Assembly: GCF_000150275.1 (NCBI RefSeq)
Contig: NW_002060946.1
Coordinates: 3,677,454 to 3,741,453 of the forward strand
DNA length: 64,000 nucleotides
Origin: Trichoplax adhaerens
Lineage: Eukaryota; Animalia; Placozoa
Reading direction: 5' to 3'
In this document: in pieces, positions 42,401-55,400 of the stretch
Position numbering within the stretch: the stretch's first letter is position 1
Layout of the letters: the number at the start of each line of letters is the position of its first letter
The notes under the pieces: model-generated
Databases searched by the model: none
Told to the model about the DNA's origin: nothing
What the model saw: the letters and a program-made list of their open reading frames with translations, nothing else
Position numbers and translations under genes: made by a program

Positions 42401-43372
42401 CTTGTAATTATCCTTCCTTCATATTTTGTAATTTAAAAGAATATGAAGGAAGAGGTGATTTTTCTCTAGCATTAAAAAAAATATAAAAGTCTCTTTCTTA
42501 CGCGCTTTATAATCCAAAAGGAACATGAAGGAGAGGTGGTTACTAATCTTGCACCTTTCTTTCACGTTTTATAATCCAAAGAGAAGATATAGAAGAGGTA
42601 GTTGTTAATTTAGTATCAAGAGAAAGTTTTCACTATCGATCATGGACAAATTGTAAGATATATTGTCTTCTTTTTACGTTTATAATTGAAGAAAACATGA
42701 AGGCGATGGTGAATGACTACATATATTATTTATGTTCTTATTATAGCCCTTCATAAGGATGTTGTTTCTCTTATTTAATATCTTTTAAAATAAGTGTAGA
42801 AAATAAGAAAAAAGCTTCACTAATAGCAATATTTCCTCTAGTTGTAGGCGTATTTGCAACAGCGGTTACTTGAAATAAACTTATAGCAATCACTGTGTAC
42901 TAAAAATGATATAATGTAGCGTTGAATTAGAGATATTATAAAAGGGTTAAAATTATATTGAAAACCTTACCAACTTTGGTAATCAAGATTGACAGTATTA
43001 TAATCTATTAGTGATCTCTATCATTAAAAATTGACAAGTCAATGGTAACTTGAATATTTATGCGTACTACTATCATCTGTGATGGCTAGAATAGATAATA
43101 AAATTAGTAATATAAGAATGAAAGAGAAGATGGGCTAGATAAATTAAATAAATAAGACGATGATTTTTAAGTCATTACCTTTTACATTGTGCATACAGCA
43201 TATCAACATGGGTCGTAGTAAATTTCCTATCCAATAATCCAGCATCACGAATTAATTTAGCAAACATGCCACCACTCATTAAGTTACGTGAGTGTATGGG
43301 CGCTTTAGGTCCTAATTTGCAGTAATGTTGAAATAAGTCTCGAAATGATTCAAAATTTTCAGCAGTTGGCAT
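39490..43372 (-). CDS. TPPP: Truncated p25alpha/TPPP-like protein with long acidic C-terminal tail; 3 exons (43372-43179, 40469-40241, 39966-39490), ~299 aa
   Basis: FRDLFQHYCKLG..MSGGMFAKLIRDAGLLDRKFTTTHVDMLYAQCKRISDTRISYNQFLAAMKLLADAKF..PII aligns with the recalled TPPP core (LEEAFRRF..MHGKNWSKLCKDC..VTVTDVDIVFSKIK..ITFEQFQEALEELAKKRF..PII). Exon phases are consistent (194+229+477=900 nt). The exon 3 acceptor is weak. Confidence 0.78.
40570..41340. repeat. Degenerate tandem repeat in the large TPPP-like intron
   Basis: aatgaaatc.aattaaactaaaatcta.ac...tatctac motif recurs about 6 times at roughly 110-140 bp spacing. Confidence 0.7.
41985..42710. repeat. Second degenerate tandem repeat in the same intron
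   Basis: ttcacgttttataatccaaaag..catg motif recurs about 9 times. Confidence 0.65.
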
Positions 43373-45881
43373 TTTTCCTTTTGATTCTGTTTAATCGATG
43401 CTTGTAATTTTTTAATTTTTAATAAAAGTTAAGGTAATTTTACTATTTTTTTCGATATAAATTCTTTGCTAAATGGTGGCAGTAAATCGATTCAAGCTTG
43501 AGAAAGGGTTACTAGGACTGTGCCAATTTAAATGGCTATAGAATTGAGCTGGGTGTGATGACCTTGCTAATGGGGTAGTCTATAATAGCAATCAAAGGTG
43601 AGTTGGTAAGGTTATGATAGAATTTCAAGTTCAGATTGATTTATCCTTAATTCAATTCAAACTACCCAAAAACTGAAAATGAATTAGTTTTAGATCGGTA
43701 AGGTACTGCTGAAAAGGTGAAATAAGCCGTAGCTTGATTTAGCGATTGTATAGTTGCTATCCTACTTTTACTCATATAAAATAAATAATTCAATCTCCTT
43801 ACCTAGTTTATTGTAGCAAATAATATTGTAAACGAGTTGTAACCATGTTAGCAATAGGAAACGATTATCATAACAATAGCCATGGCTAGCAACAATAAAG
43901 AAAGGAATATTAGTTGCCAAGTTGGAATAATTTAGCTAAGGATACTATACTGTCAATGTCAGCATTAATTATACTACGCTACTATAAAGTAAGCCCAGAT
44001 AATGACAGCCTGCGGTGTAAACATGGGGGTGCACAACATTCCTCCTATACGATGTCTGCTATTATCACGAATTTATGAATTGCTGCTAATGAAATAAAGC
44101 TCAAAGTTGTTAAAATACTAGTCTTAATTCAATATTAAATGCTCTGAACATTAACAGTCTATGTATGAAAACGGTAAACAACAACATCATACAGAACTCC
44201 ATACGATTCTATTATAGTACGTAGAATCCCTGAAGATGAGATATAACACTCGTCTATAAAGAATATCGCTATGAAAATTACTACTTGACGATATACTGGA
44301 TATACAAATTAATATTGCCAATATGATGTTGATTTTGTTGTATATTTGATATCATTAATTAAGTAATCTATGCCAATTAATGAGATTCTATTTAAGCAGC
44401 TCATTAAATCTTTGAAATTAGAAGTGCTAGATAACATGGAAGGGGATATCGCTAAAACGGTAGTTGAAATATTAATAATTTACTAAGATTCTATTAAAGC
44501 GCACATGAAATTTTAAAAATTGGAGATGGTCTCAGCGTATCTTGCAAAGATGTCACCGATATACGCATATATATATATAAGTATACACCAATATATCTAT
44601 ATATGTATCATTGCATGTACATGTAGGCTGATAATTTTGCTGTTTATTGCTAACATACGGTAAACGCATACTCACATATAGATTTAAAAAGACTCCGTAT
44701 AATAGCGTACAGCTTCTCTAAAAGTGCTATACCACATAGAGAGGATGTCGTTAAAACAAGTAGTTAAGGTATTAATGATTTACAAACACATGTGACTATA
44801 AATGACCTTCATATACGCAACATTCATACGAATGAATGCTTACCAGATACCTATATATAGAAAGAACCAAAGCAAAGGACTCCGTTATAGGGTAGAACAT
44901 CTCTAATAAGTGATATGAACATGTAGAGATTGTCACGTCAAATGCCGCTTGATTATTTGGTGCGTGTATTGTTATGTCTCTTATTCACGTACTAGTGATT
45001 TATTCTGTTTTGATCGTGAAGTAATATATAAAAATATAATTCTCGAAAAGTGGTATACATGTTCATCATATGAGGAATGTTTCTACGTTAAGCACTCCTT
45101 GACGATATAAATGTGAGTAAACGCAAGTTTAATTTTATTTCATTACCTATAACGTGCTATTGATTTTGCTGTATACTGATCGTGATATGTCCTATATCGA
45201 TCATGAAGATCCTATTAGAACTTATCAAATCTCTACAAGAGGCATGAAACATGTAGAGAATATCGCAATTTAAAAACTTCTTCTAAGGATCATTACTATA
45301 GGGTTGTAGTTAGAAGATCGATTACTAAACCATCAGAATATTTTATTCGTTTTGTAATTTTGAACAGATGCGATCCTACGTAAATTAAATCTATTGAACC
45401 TATTATGCTTTCCACAAAAATCATTTGAAGTCGAAGTACAACTTAAGGTCGTAGCACCATTTTAAGCGTATCCATTTATTATCAAGAAGTTATCAATTTC
45501 AAAATTTATTACCGAATATGTGTGATCTCGTATGTGTAATTGTCATATATACAGTCGTGGACAAAAACTCAATATGAGATTATACCAAACAAAGTACTAA
45601 AAGATACACCAAAACTTGGGAGTAAATAAATCAATTATAGATTAATTATCTAACGTTGTATATCGAAAGGGTAAACAGATATGCAGAGGTAAAATTTGTC
45701 TATTTCGGATTGTTAACTAGAGAACTCCAGCTACAAGAACTTTAAATAACAACGAGCTGCTTTAATTACAGAGTTGATATTACAGCAGAAACAAGGTGAC
45801 AGTGTCGTGAAATATCTTTTAAGAAGCTAGGAAATTTTAAAGATGAGTTGATAAGACAAAACAATATACAAATAAGAGCAA

Positions 45882-48800
45882 TCATAAATTTAAAGCTCCT
45901 TGTGATTGTTCGTGTGAAAAATGGAGCTGGAGTTCACTTAATTTATTTTTTAAGGTAGAAATACCAGATAAGACAATATTTTCCGGTCGTAGAGATCCTG
46001 ACGTCTAAATAAATTAGATAACATTGGTCAATATTCAATTACCAGATTTATTTTCACGTTATCAATTTCTTAATTTGCTTTGAAACCTCAACGTTAAGAT
46101 AGAATTTATCTGCAACAGTCTGGGGGTCGTATGATGCTTCATCTGAGGATATAAAACATTTAAAATTACGTTCTATTCAATGTAGATAGCAAGACCTTGG
46201 ATTCAATTATCTCTAAAGTACAATAGATAAGTATGATATTTAACAGTTTAGATATTTATATGTTGAACTTACAGTTATCTTCAGGTAAATTAGAGTATTC
46301 ACTTTTTGGCCTAAATGTTGGATAAATGATATAATTGAAAGATAGTTAGGAAGTTACATAAGAGATTGTATTATATTCCTTTTTAAGTTCAAAATTACGA
46401 CAGTGTGATACGAACCATTCCTCTGGTTTGGGATACGTTGTATGTCTCATTGCATTGTCAGGATCATATTCGAAAGCTACTGACGCTGTAGGATTCCATT
46501 TAGCATGTTCCGTTCCTAAACCCTGAAGATACCATCGATGCAATGTTTTTATGACTACTGTACATTAATATGCAATATTCAATATATGGGTATAGTGTTT
46601 AATCTATACCTTTTTGGCGTAAGCTTTGATTTTAATTTCCTGTCCTCTACGTAATTTCGCGATCAAGATGTCTAAATTATAATAATACGGAAGAAAATAA
46701 GAGATTGTTTTAAAGTCAACCATTTCACAACGGGCTCAGATCATCTTATATTAATTATACTATGTGAGATATAGTTGATATGATTATCATTGGCGGATAG
46801 AATAGAAAATTGCTCTTGAATGAGTGCTTTATCACTTACCATCTTCTTGATCTCCGTAAACTGTATCGTCTTCTCCGTAGCGTGTCGTTACCTAGGATAG
46901 AAGACATGCAATGTTATTCATAAAGCTAGCGATACTTTAAGTGTACCTTTCTAAATTATTTGAACAATCAATAGCTTTGCTGTCTTGTATTTGCACAGTA
47001 TAAAATTACTTACAGGGACGACACGGCTATCGGAAGATATGAGATCTCTGGTAGTAACATGTCGCGTTTGATCATCGTTACACCTTACATCCAAGGTAAA
47101 TTCAACCGAACACTCGGGACAATGTTCAACGCAATTACAATCCTTAATAATTAAGGCACAATGAAGCCATAACATGTGGTTAGGATAGCTTGATCTCCAA
47201 AAAGTATAATTGTACAATCAATCAATCATACTTACTCGTGAATATTGTAAACGATCAATTACTTCATCACAAGTTAATGGAATCAGCCCAAGTCTATGAG
47301 CTATAAATTCATCGCTCAAAACGGATGTATTATTAACGAATTGTACCCAATCGATTGCTGTTAGGGAAGAAGATAGGAGAATGGTTATTCATCAAGCTGG
47401 TGTGCAGGGTTTTCAGAAGGCACGTCAGAATAGAGAATAGTGTTTAGTGAACTATTCGAAGAGTTTGTGCGGTATAAATGGTAATTGACTTGGAATGGAC
47501 TTGACTGCATTACCTAGGTTTAATTTTTATCTCTGTTTGCGCAATTTGCACAGTATAAAACGTAATTGACTTGGAATGGGCATTACTGCATTACCTAGGT
47601 TTGATTTATATCTCTATTTGAACAGTTACTACAGTATAAAACGAAATTGACTTGGAATGGACTTTACTGCATTATCTAGGTTTGATTGATATCTCTGTGA
47701 GAATAATTTGTACAGTATAAAAGATAGCTGACTAGGAGTAAACTTTAATTAATACATTACATAGTAGTGCAATGCTTAGCACGTTATTGCAACCGATCCT
47801 GAAATAACAGACAACTAATTCAATGACTGTAGCGTACTGTAAAACTGGTAAATTTCGTGGTATTCTATAGCTGCGTAGAAGGATTTTCCAAATCAGTAGG
47901 AATTTAAAATGCCATATACTTACCTAAAGTGGGGACATTGGCAATGAAGATACGTCGTAAGCTATTGGCCACGCTATATCGTATTAAAGCAACAAAGTTA
48001 GTTCATAAAGACACGATTATTCTTGTCTATGTCTACTTTTGACAACTGTAGTTGTCTTTTAGGTAGTAGTAATCAATTCTTTGATGGAATATTTATTTTA
48101 AAATTAATTATTGGATTAATATTTCTAGAGTACGCTGGTGTGTAAAGTAAGTAGTACATTATGATACGATCATTTCTGATAATGCCTGCCATTAATGACT
48201 ATAGTTGTGCTGTACTGATAAATCCTTGATAGGGTATCTTTTTTAGATTGGTTTGTCGATCAGTATTGGTAATGGACTGTCTATATGCTATCTCTCTGTA
48301 TTGTAGTGTCCTACTGTATCTTTTTATCTCTTACCGTTGGCTAATTAATTATTGTATTCATCATCGATGCTGCACTGATCAATGTTTGGACAGCTATTTC
48401 GTTCGATTTAGACAATTCCAGGGTTGATCTATGTACTGAGAGCATATACTATATATCTGTTATGTCTACCCGTGATTAATATAATAGTCTTTCTATTGAT
48501 GAATGCTTTGACAAATGTCTTATTAGATTGACCTCGTTGCTCAGTCTTTCTAATGGATGAGTATTATTCTCCATCTCTTCTGGCTTTAGATGACTATATT
48601 TGTCCTCGTATGCTGTACAATATCGATCTGTCTTTTGATGTACCGTATTGCTAGAATAGTTGATTGGTATTTCTGCTGTACTTATATGACTAGAAAAGCG
48701 TATAAAAATCGATGCTGTACAAAACTAATGTATGTATGTAAGTATTCAATCTTTTGATGGGATGATTGATATTTTGGTCAGATTGGAATAGTCCATCAGT

Positions 48801-49435
48801 ATTGTACAGTACTGTAGCAATATACATGTGTATCAAAACTATGCTATCCAATATTGAAATAATCAATCCTTTGATGGAATGATATTTTGTCCCATTTTCA
48901 ACAGTTGAACAGCATGTATCCTGTAACTATATCAGCAGAAGAGTGTGTCTATACTCTATATGTAAAATACTGAAATAGTTCATCCCATGATTGAATGATA
49001 TTTTCCTAGATTGAAAGCGTCGGTTTCAATTTCTTACGTGTACTCTATCCTAGACCATAGGAACGTCTAGTGATGTATGACGATATCCCGTATAATTTAT
49101 AAGTTATATCCAATATAGGCTTGAACTCTGAGTCAATTACACTACACCTACTAGGAATCAAAGCAAAACGATTGCAATCATCCTAACTAATAGCCATCAT
49201 TGGATGATGACAAGAAATTCGTCCATTGCCATCGCTAACAACAACTACAACATCAGTTATGGATTGATCGAATCATGACTATAGAGGTACTTGTTCATCA
49301 CAGTAGGAGACTAAGAAAGTCTAATAGCAATATCGATGCAATCTTTTACCTTAAATCGGTATTTTCAAGGATAAATTTGACATTTTCATTGGTTAAATCG
49401 GGAATAGTAACCCGAGGTTGGCTAGCGTAAGGCAT
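45882..49435 (-). CDS. POLR2C: DNA-directed RNA polymerase II subunit RPB3, multi-exon
   Basis: [111 protein letters not shown]; TGA at 45882-45884. Confidence 0.97.
47482..47760. repeat. ~80-bp tandem repeat, 3-4 copies, in a POLR2C intron
   Basis: aattgacttggaatgg..actgcattacctaggttt repeats at ~47484, ~47564 and ~47645, with a partial fourth copy. Confidence 0.85.
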
Positions 49436-50940
49436 GTTTGCATCCGCTGGAGGTCATCGAATGGAGTGAAATCCGCGTGTGGAAGCTTTAACGAACAATT
49501 ATGTCGTTCTGGATTGGGGCTGCTATTAAAACTAGTGTAGTAGGCTAATGACTGAAGCACTTACCTCTCTTTAGACTAGCGGATAGAATCCAATCCAGTT
49601 CAGGAGGACATACGCGTTGCTACTTGATACTTCAACCCAAACAAGAGGTAGGAGAAAGTAGAATTCTATGATGAGAGAATCGTATCTGACGACGTCGTAT
49701 GAAAACGAGTATAACGAACAAGAGAAACGGACGTGACAGACAGACACAACCGTTCTGTTCGAATTTGAAGAAGTGCTTGCAGATCTTGCATGACTGACTG
49801 GTTGGTTCGCAGACTTATTCAGAATGAGCTAAAGGCATATTATTTTGAATAACCTCTTTTAATATTCCAAGAATCAGAGGATTAGACTATTTAGAATATC
49901 ATCCCTACAAATTATGCACATGATAAATTGACGTTAAGATGATACTCTTGATTTTGTGAATGGCTAAATTACCGTAGCACAGATAGTAGAATGAATGGGA
50001 ATGAGCTAAATGCATGTTTTGGAACATCTTGTGTTATTATTCTAATGACCTATGATTAGATATGATTCCTGCAAATAATAATCTAAGAATTATTAGACAG
50101 GACTTGTGCAAAGTATGCATACGAGAAATTTGCACAGTACGCTAGAAGGCTTACGTTAAGACAATTGATAGAGAGAGAGAGAGAGATGGATACGTTGTAT
50201 ACAGTATACTGTACTCTGGTTGAATCATGGTATAACACCAACAAATTACCGTAATATCCAGAATGAGCTAAAAGCCTATTTTGAACATCCTGTGTTATTA
50301 CTATTTTAAGGATCAGAGGGTTGGATATAACGGCTGTAGATATTGAGTTTTCAGGTAGAATGCTTACGTTTAAGATAACGAAATTTTCTCAAGATGATAA
50401 CTCTGGTTTAATGCTCTAGTCAATTAGTAACGAGCATGCAAGTATGCTTATGGACTAGGAGAAGGAAACCGACTCATCGTTCCATGGTATGGGGTGCATG
50501 CATGGCACATTGTTGTTGGAGCACAGTTGTATCGAGGACTGGATGAAGAAGATTTCATCACTACTTTACAGTATCCTACAAGTATTTTAGTAGTCCATAC
50601 CTCTACTCAGTAAAAGAGCTGGCCTCTTTTGGGATATTCGTATCTCTTCTATCCAAACAATCTGCTTTGCATCGATTTCCTGTGCGTTGCCAGTACTGAT
50701 AGCATATCCTGTGATGACAGTATGCTGTCCATATTTGCAGTAGCAATAGCTGATAAATGAATTTATTGAACTGGATATACCGATCGCTAAATTAATTGCC
50801 ATCGTTATTACTGTAACTCCAGTTTTCCCCCCCCCCCCTCAAAAAGAAAAATATTATTCATTATTTACTCTATGCAATAGCCAACCAATGGCTAGAATCC
50901 TCTTCCAGTAACCGCAAGTTCAAGGAAATTTCCTTGGTTA

Positions 50941-50954
50941 GTTGCCATAGCAAC
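50941..50954. promoter_or_regulatory. RFX X-box GTTGCCATAGCAAC upstream of the Slo gene
   Basis: One mismatch from the palindromic RFX site GTTGCCATGGCAAC; 1.55 kb before the ATG and upstream of a plausible 5'UTR donor (caag|gtaaat ~51226). Confidence 0.6.
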
Positions 50955-52494
50955 TGCCAACAAAATGATGGAATCTCCTCCCAAGTTCTTTGTCATACTA
51001 TCGATAGTATAGAGTATCAGAAAGGAGAAAGGTGATCATACAACAGTATAGACTGTTGGCCTAAGCCAATCCATTCGCTGGTGGCTGCAATATTGACATC
51101 CGTTGTTGATCTAAATCATCGATTGCGTTGGATTAGTTTTTGTAAGCCAATCAGTAGCTTATACCATTTACTTTATTCCTCAAGTAATACCTGCACCATT
51201 ACCCTAGTGGCCTGTTCACTTTCAAGGTAAATTATTATAATTAATCATCATCAACAACACTAATTTAAAATTCATCATCGCAATATTTCATATCAGGAAG
51301 GACTTGGCAACGAAGGAAGATTCTTTTTCGACCTTGTCTTGGCTAATAACAGAGCTAATCAACATTATTTTAGCTTGATCAACTCACTAGCTAACCCTAT
51401 TTCTAGTCAAAGACGAAAAAAATCAAACGTTAGACGATGCAAGAGACACTTGTAGTGTTCTAGTGGAGAGCATGTTGACCAAGGATTATTTGGGATATTG
51501 CAAGTTCTTCATTATATCGCATTCTCAATAACATTTCTTCCTCGATAGGTACTTTTAATAGTAAACAACCATTACGTCTATGACATGTTATATGGCTATG
51601 AAAGTGTAGAATTAATCCTAACGATTGATGTTGAATTTTTAAAGTGGAGTAGAGAATAATATCAATCACGTTCAACAATTATACTGTCGAATTATTTTCA
51701 TTCTATACAGAATACTTTTAAGTTCTTCCTTGATATTTCATGCTCAAATTGAGTTTTTGCTTCTATACTATAGATAATTCAATTAAAATACTAGAGATCA
51801 CATGTATTACTTATCATTATAGTATAAAATCGATCTTACTGTTGGTTTACGATTGGCATTGGATTTTTAGACCCAAGTAGAAAAAAATCAATCACGTCAA
51901 CAATTATTTCTTTGTATACTCGATACTTTCGATTCTCTCTTTCACATTCCATGCTCAAATCTAGTTTTTTTTACTCTATAGATGATTTCTTTGAAATACG
52001 AAAGGGATCACTTACATCATCATCATCACTGTTTTAAAGCCATCAAGGTATCCATTTTTCTCTCATATTGATCATTAATTACATTGGGTATCGGCGAGAA
52101 GGAATCAGCCAACCCCGACAGCAATCGTTTCATCGGCTTTATTGGCAGTCTCTAAATTCTTCCTTACACAACATTTTAAAATCCATTCCTTCGTCCACAG
52201 ATTAAAATACTAAAAGGGTTTCCGATATTAGTCGTTACTAGACATATTGAAGTTTAACTTTACTCTTGACGTGAAATTCTCTGCCTTAAGTACAGAAAAG
52301 TAATTACATTTGTCACCCTTACTGCTATCTCTTGCTTACTGTAGACTTGAAAACTCCACTGTCTAATCCTCATACTACTCTCCATTAAGTTAATATAGAC
52401 GTGCAGTAATCCATTTCAACTGAGTCTAATATAGGCTGAGAGCATTTTCCATCTCGTTTTCGTAATAATACATTCAATTTAACTCAAGACAACC

Positions 52495-55400
52495 ATGATT
52501 CTTCCAAAGACTTGCTTTTACGTCACCAATTGGTGGGTCTTTATCGCTAGTAGTGCAGCAACTTTTTTGGGTGGCCTAATTATAATTTGGCTAATACGCG
52601 TTCTCAACATCGTTTGTTGGAAGAAGAACAAAGTTAATCCAAATCATCTTCGACCTCTTAACGTTTTCACCAATCAAATCCGCTTACAAGAGTATAAAAA
52701 CATTAGTTTCTATGCTAGGTTACAACGATTTGCCATTTCTGTCTCTTCCGGTTATGGTTTCTTAGGGAAGTTATTGGTAAGAGACATTACGAATATATCA
52801 AATCTAGCCTTATTTATAGTAAATTTTGCGACTATTTTGTTGAAAAAATGGGTTAAATTTTTGTTATGAGTTGTTTATGAAATGTTGGGTAGTCTTGCTA
52901 GTGAGTGATAGTCGAGTCGTACTTGTGACAAATCAAAGCTTAAGTTTTCTTCGATTTTTTTCTTGTATTGAGGATATTATTTATTTAGATGTGGTAGAAA
53001 CTAAAACGAAAATATCCAATTTCAGATAAATAGAATATAAGACCATATCGAGTGTACTTATATTTTCATTCTGGTGTTAGTCAATTGATACAAAACTAAT
53101 ACGTACTGTAATAACTCTTTTCAATTGCCAATTTTCGCTTCTTTAATCTTCCCTTAACGCTTTTTGTATATTGTAATCAATATTTATTAGACCATAAAAT
53201 AGTAATTGTTCAAAGTCTATCCTGCATCTCTTGATAGAGACTTTCTCTTGAAACAAACGAAAGGCGAAAAACTTTTCATACGATTTAGCAATTATAACTA
53301 TAGTCTTAAAATACTTCAATTATACGTACATTCAATGAAATTACGTAAGAAAGTCTAATTAACGATGACAAGTTGTACTTATGTGATACGTGGACTAATT
53401 TCTTATATAAGCGTAATCAAAATGGAATATTTGAAATATCTTTATAATTAATTTCACCTCGTACTCCAGTTTGATAACCCTTAAGCTAGTTGTAACTGGC
53501 CTTAGAATCATAGCGGCTATCAACAAATAGTTTCCAAAAAGTAGTAGCTTAGGATAGGAAAAGAAAATAAATCAAAAAGTAAAGAGTTTATACGACACTC
53601 TACTCTTTTTCTTTCTTTTTGACATTTTGCATAAGTGTATTTACATGGCATTAAGATGATAAAATCCTCACCCGATTGTCTACTACGGAGGTTTCTTGCA
53701 AACATGTCAACGCTATCAGTATTGTATAATGTTTGTAATAAGAAGCCTACTGTGATTCAATTCTTAAAATTAGCCCAGATGTAAGATTTTGATTTAGAGT
53801 AGGTTATATCATCTATTGGAATGAAGTATAGTTTGTTTTTTGTTGCTTACTTTCCTTGATCAAATTATGGACAACTCAAATTCTCCAAGAAAGAAATTTT
53901 CTCTATTTTTACCATTTATTACAGTTTATCTACAAAAGTAAAAATTCAGACGATCTGTTTAATATAAAATGTGCTTTATGTAGTATTGTTAAGAAGGTTT
54001 GATTATTTATTACTTGAATTAAGAATCCTTTAGGCAGACTTTTGACTTCAATTAATAATTTCCATTATGCTTGTTTGATTCTATATTATAATTTTGTTTG
54101 TAATATAACTAATTTTGCCATGACTAATAAAATTGATTTTATTCAATGTTTACCTATCAAACTATTTAAACTACGGGTGTCTATTTATAATATTGTTTTG
54201 GGAAATTCATGCTACAATATTTAGAGTTTTTTGTTGCCTCTTTCCATATTGTAATGGTGTATAGGAGTCGATAGTATAAACTTTTTGATATGAAATTCGT
54301 ACTCTAGTAGTTATTATAATAAGTGACATTTAATTTTCAGTTTATAGAATTATAATTTAGCGATTTCGTACGCGGTAACGTTTCCTTATTAATATCAGCA
54401 ATAAGCCCTTGTCAGAAACGAATAGAATAAATTACTTCTGTAGTACAAATTTTTATCACAGTACATACTTTCGATTTGTTATTCAAGAATTTTTAATCAT
54501 GTGCCGAATTAGACGATTATAACAACAGATTTCTACACAAATGTAAATACTGCATATACAATTGGCCATAAAGTATCATGCGATGAAATAAAACTGATGT
54601 ACTTCCGTCGTTTTCGTTTTAGGGAATCTTAAATATTCTTGCCAGTTTGGGGGTATTGACGCTGTATGTTTTACAGACTTACAAGTAAGTGTAAATACCT
54701 TTTGGTTCGCGATTAATCTTCAAAATAAATATTTTTAATATTCAGGACGTTAAATTTATATCATACTTTTCACTCTGAACTTAATACTCGTATGTTCATA
54801 ATGATTTAGTGTCAATAAGAATTGTGTCCTTGCTTGGAAAAATTATCTATTTCAAGCTGAATTTTCTACCAATATGTTCCTCTTAGGTTTCTTCTTTGTT
54901 CGAGTAAGTTGTAACTATGTCTACATCTGGTAAATTAGTTCATTGGAAAGATAATTTATAAATTGTTGTAGTCGCAAAGTTCTACTACTGTCAATTCCTT
55001 AGAACTTGGTAAATAATGGGTAAAATTTTTCTATTAATTGGGTGATAATCACGTTAACAAACTTTATAAATATAAAAAGTTATAGTGATTTATCTCGAGG
55101 GAATGATTGTAGCTCATCTAATAATTTTTTTTGCTTTTACAACGTATAATTAGTTTTCGATTTATTTTGCACTGTATTCAAATATATAATTTTTGATACC
55201 AATTGTTCGTATTAATGTAGTTACCCTGATCAAAGTTAGTAGTATGAAATGCTTGAATAGATATGATTAGGATTATAATTGACGCTGTTAATAGTACTTT
55301 CTAATTTGTGATCCGTTGCAGGTTGCTACGGTAATGTTTAATTATATTATGATAACAATGGCTCATTAAACCATATATTGTAATTCAATTGCAACGGATT

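Noticed and set aside
47350-47375. U12-like branch sequence TTCCCTAAC in a POLR2C intron
   Set aside because: The matching donor is GTAAGT (U2-type) and the motif directly abuts the AG.
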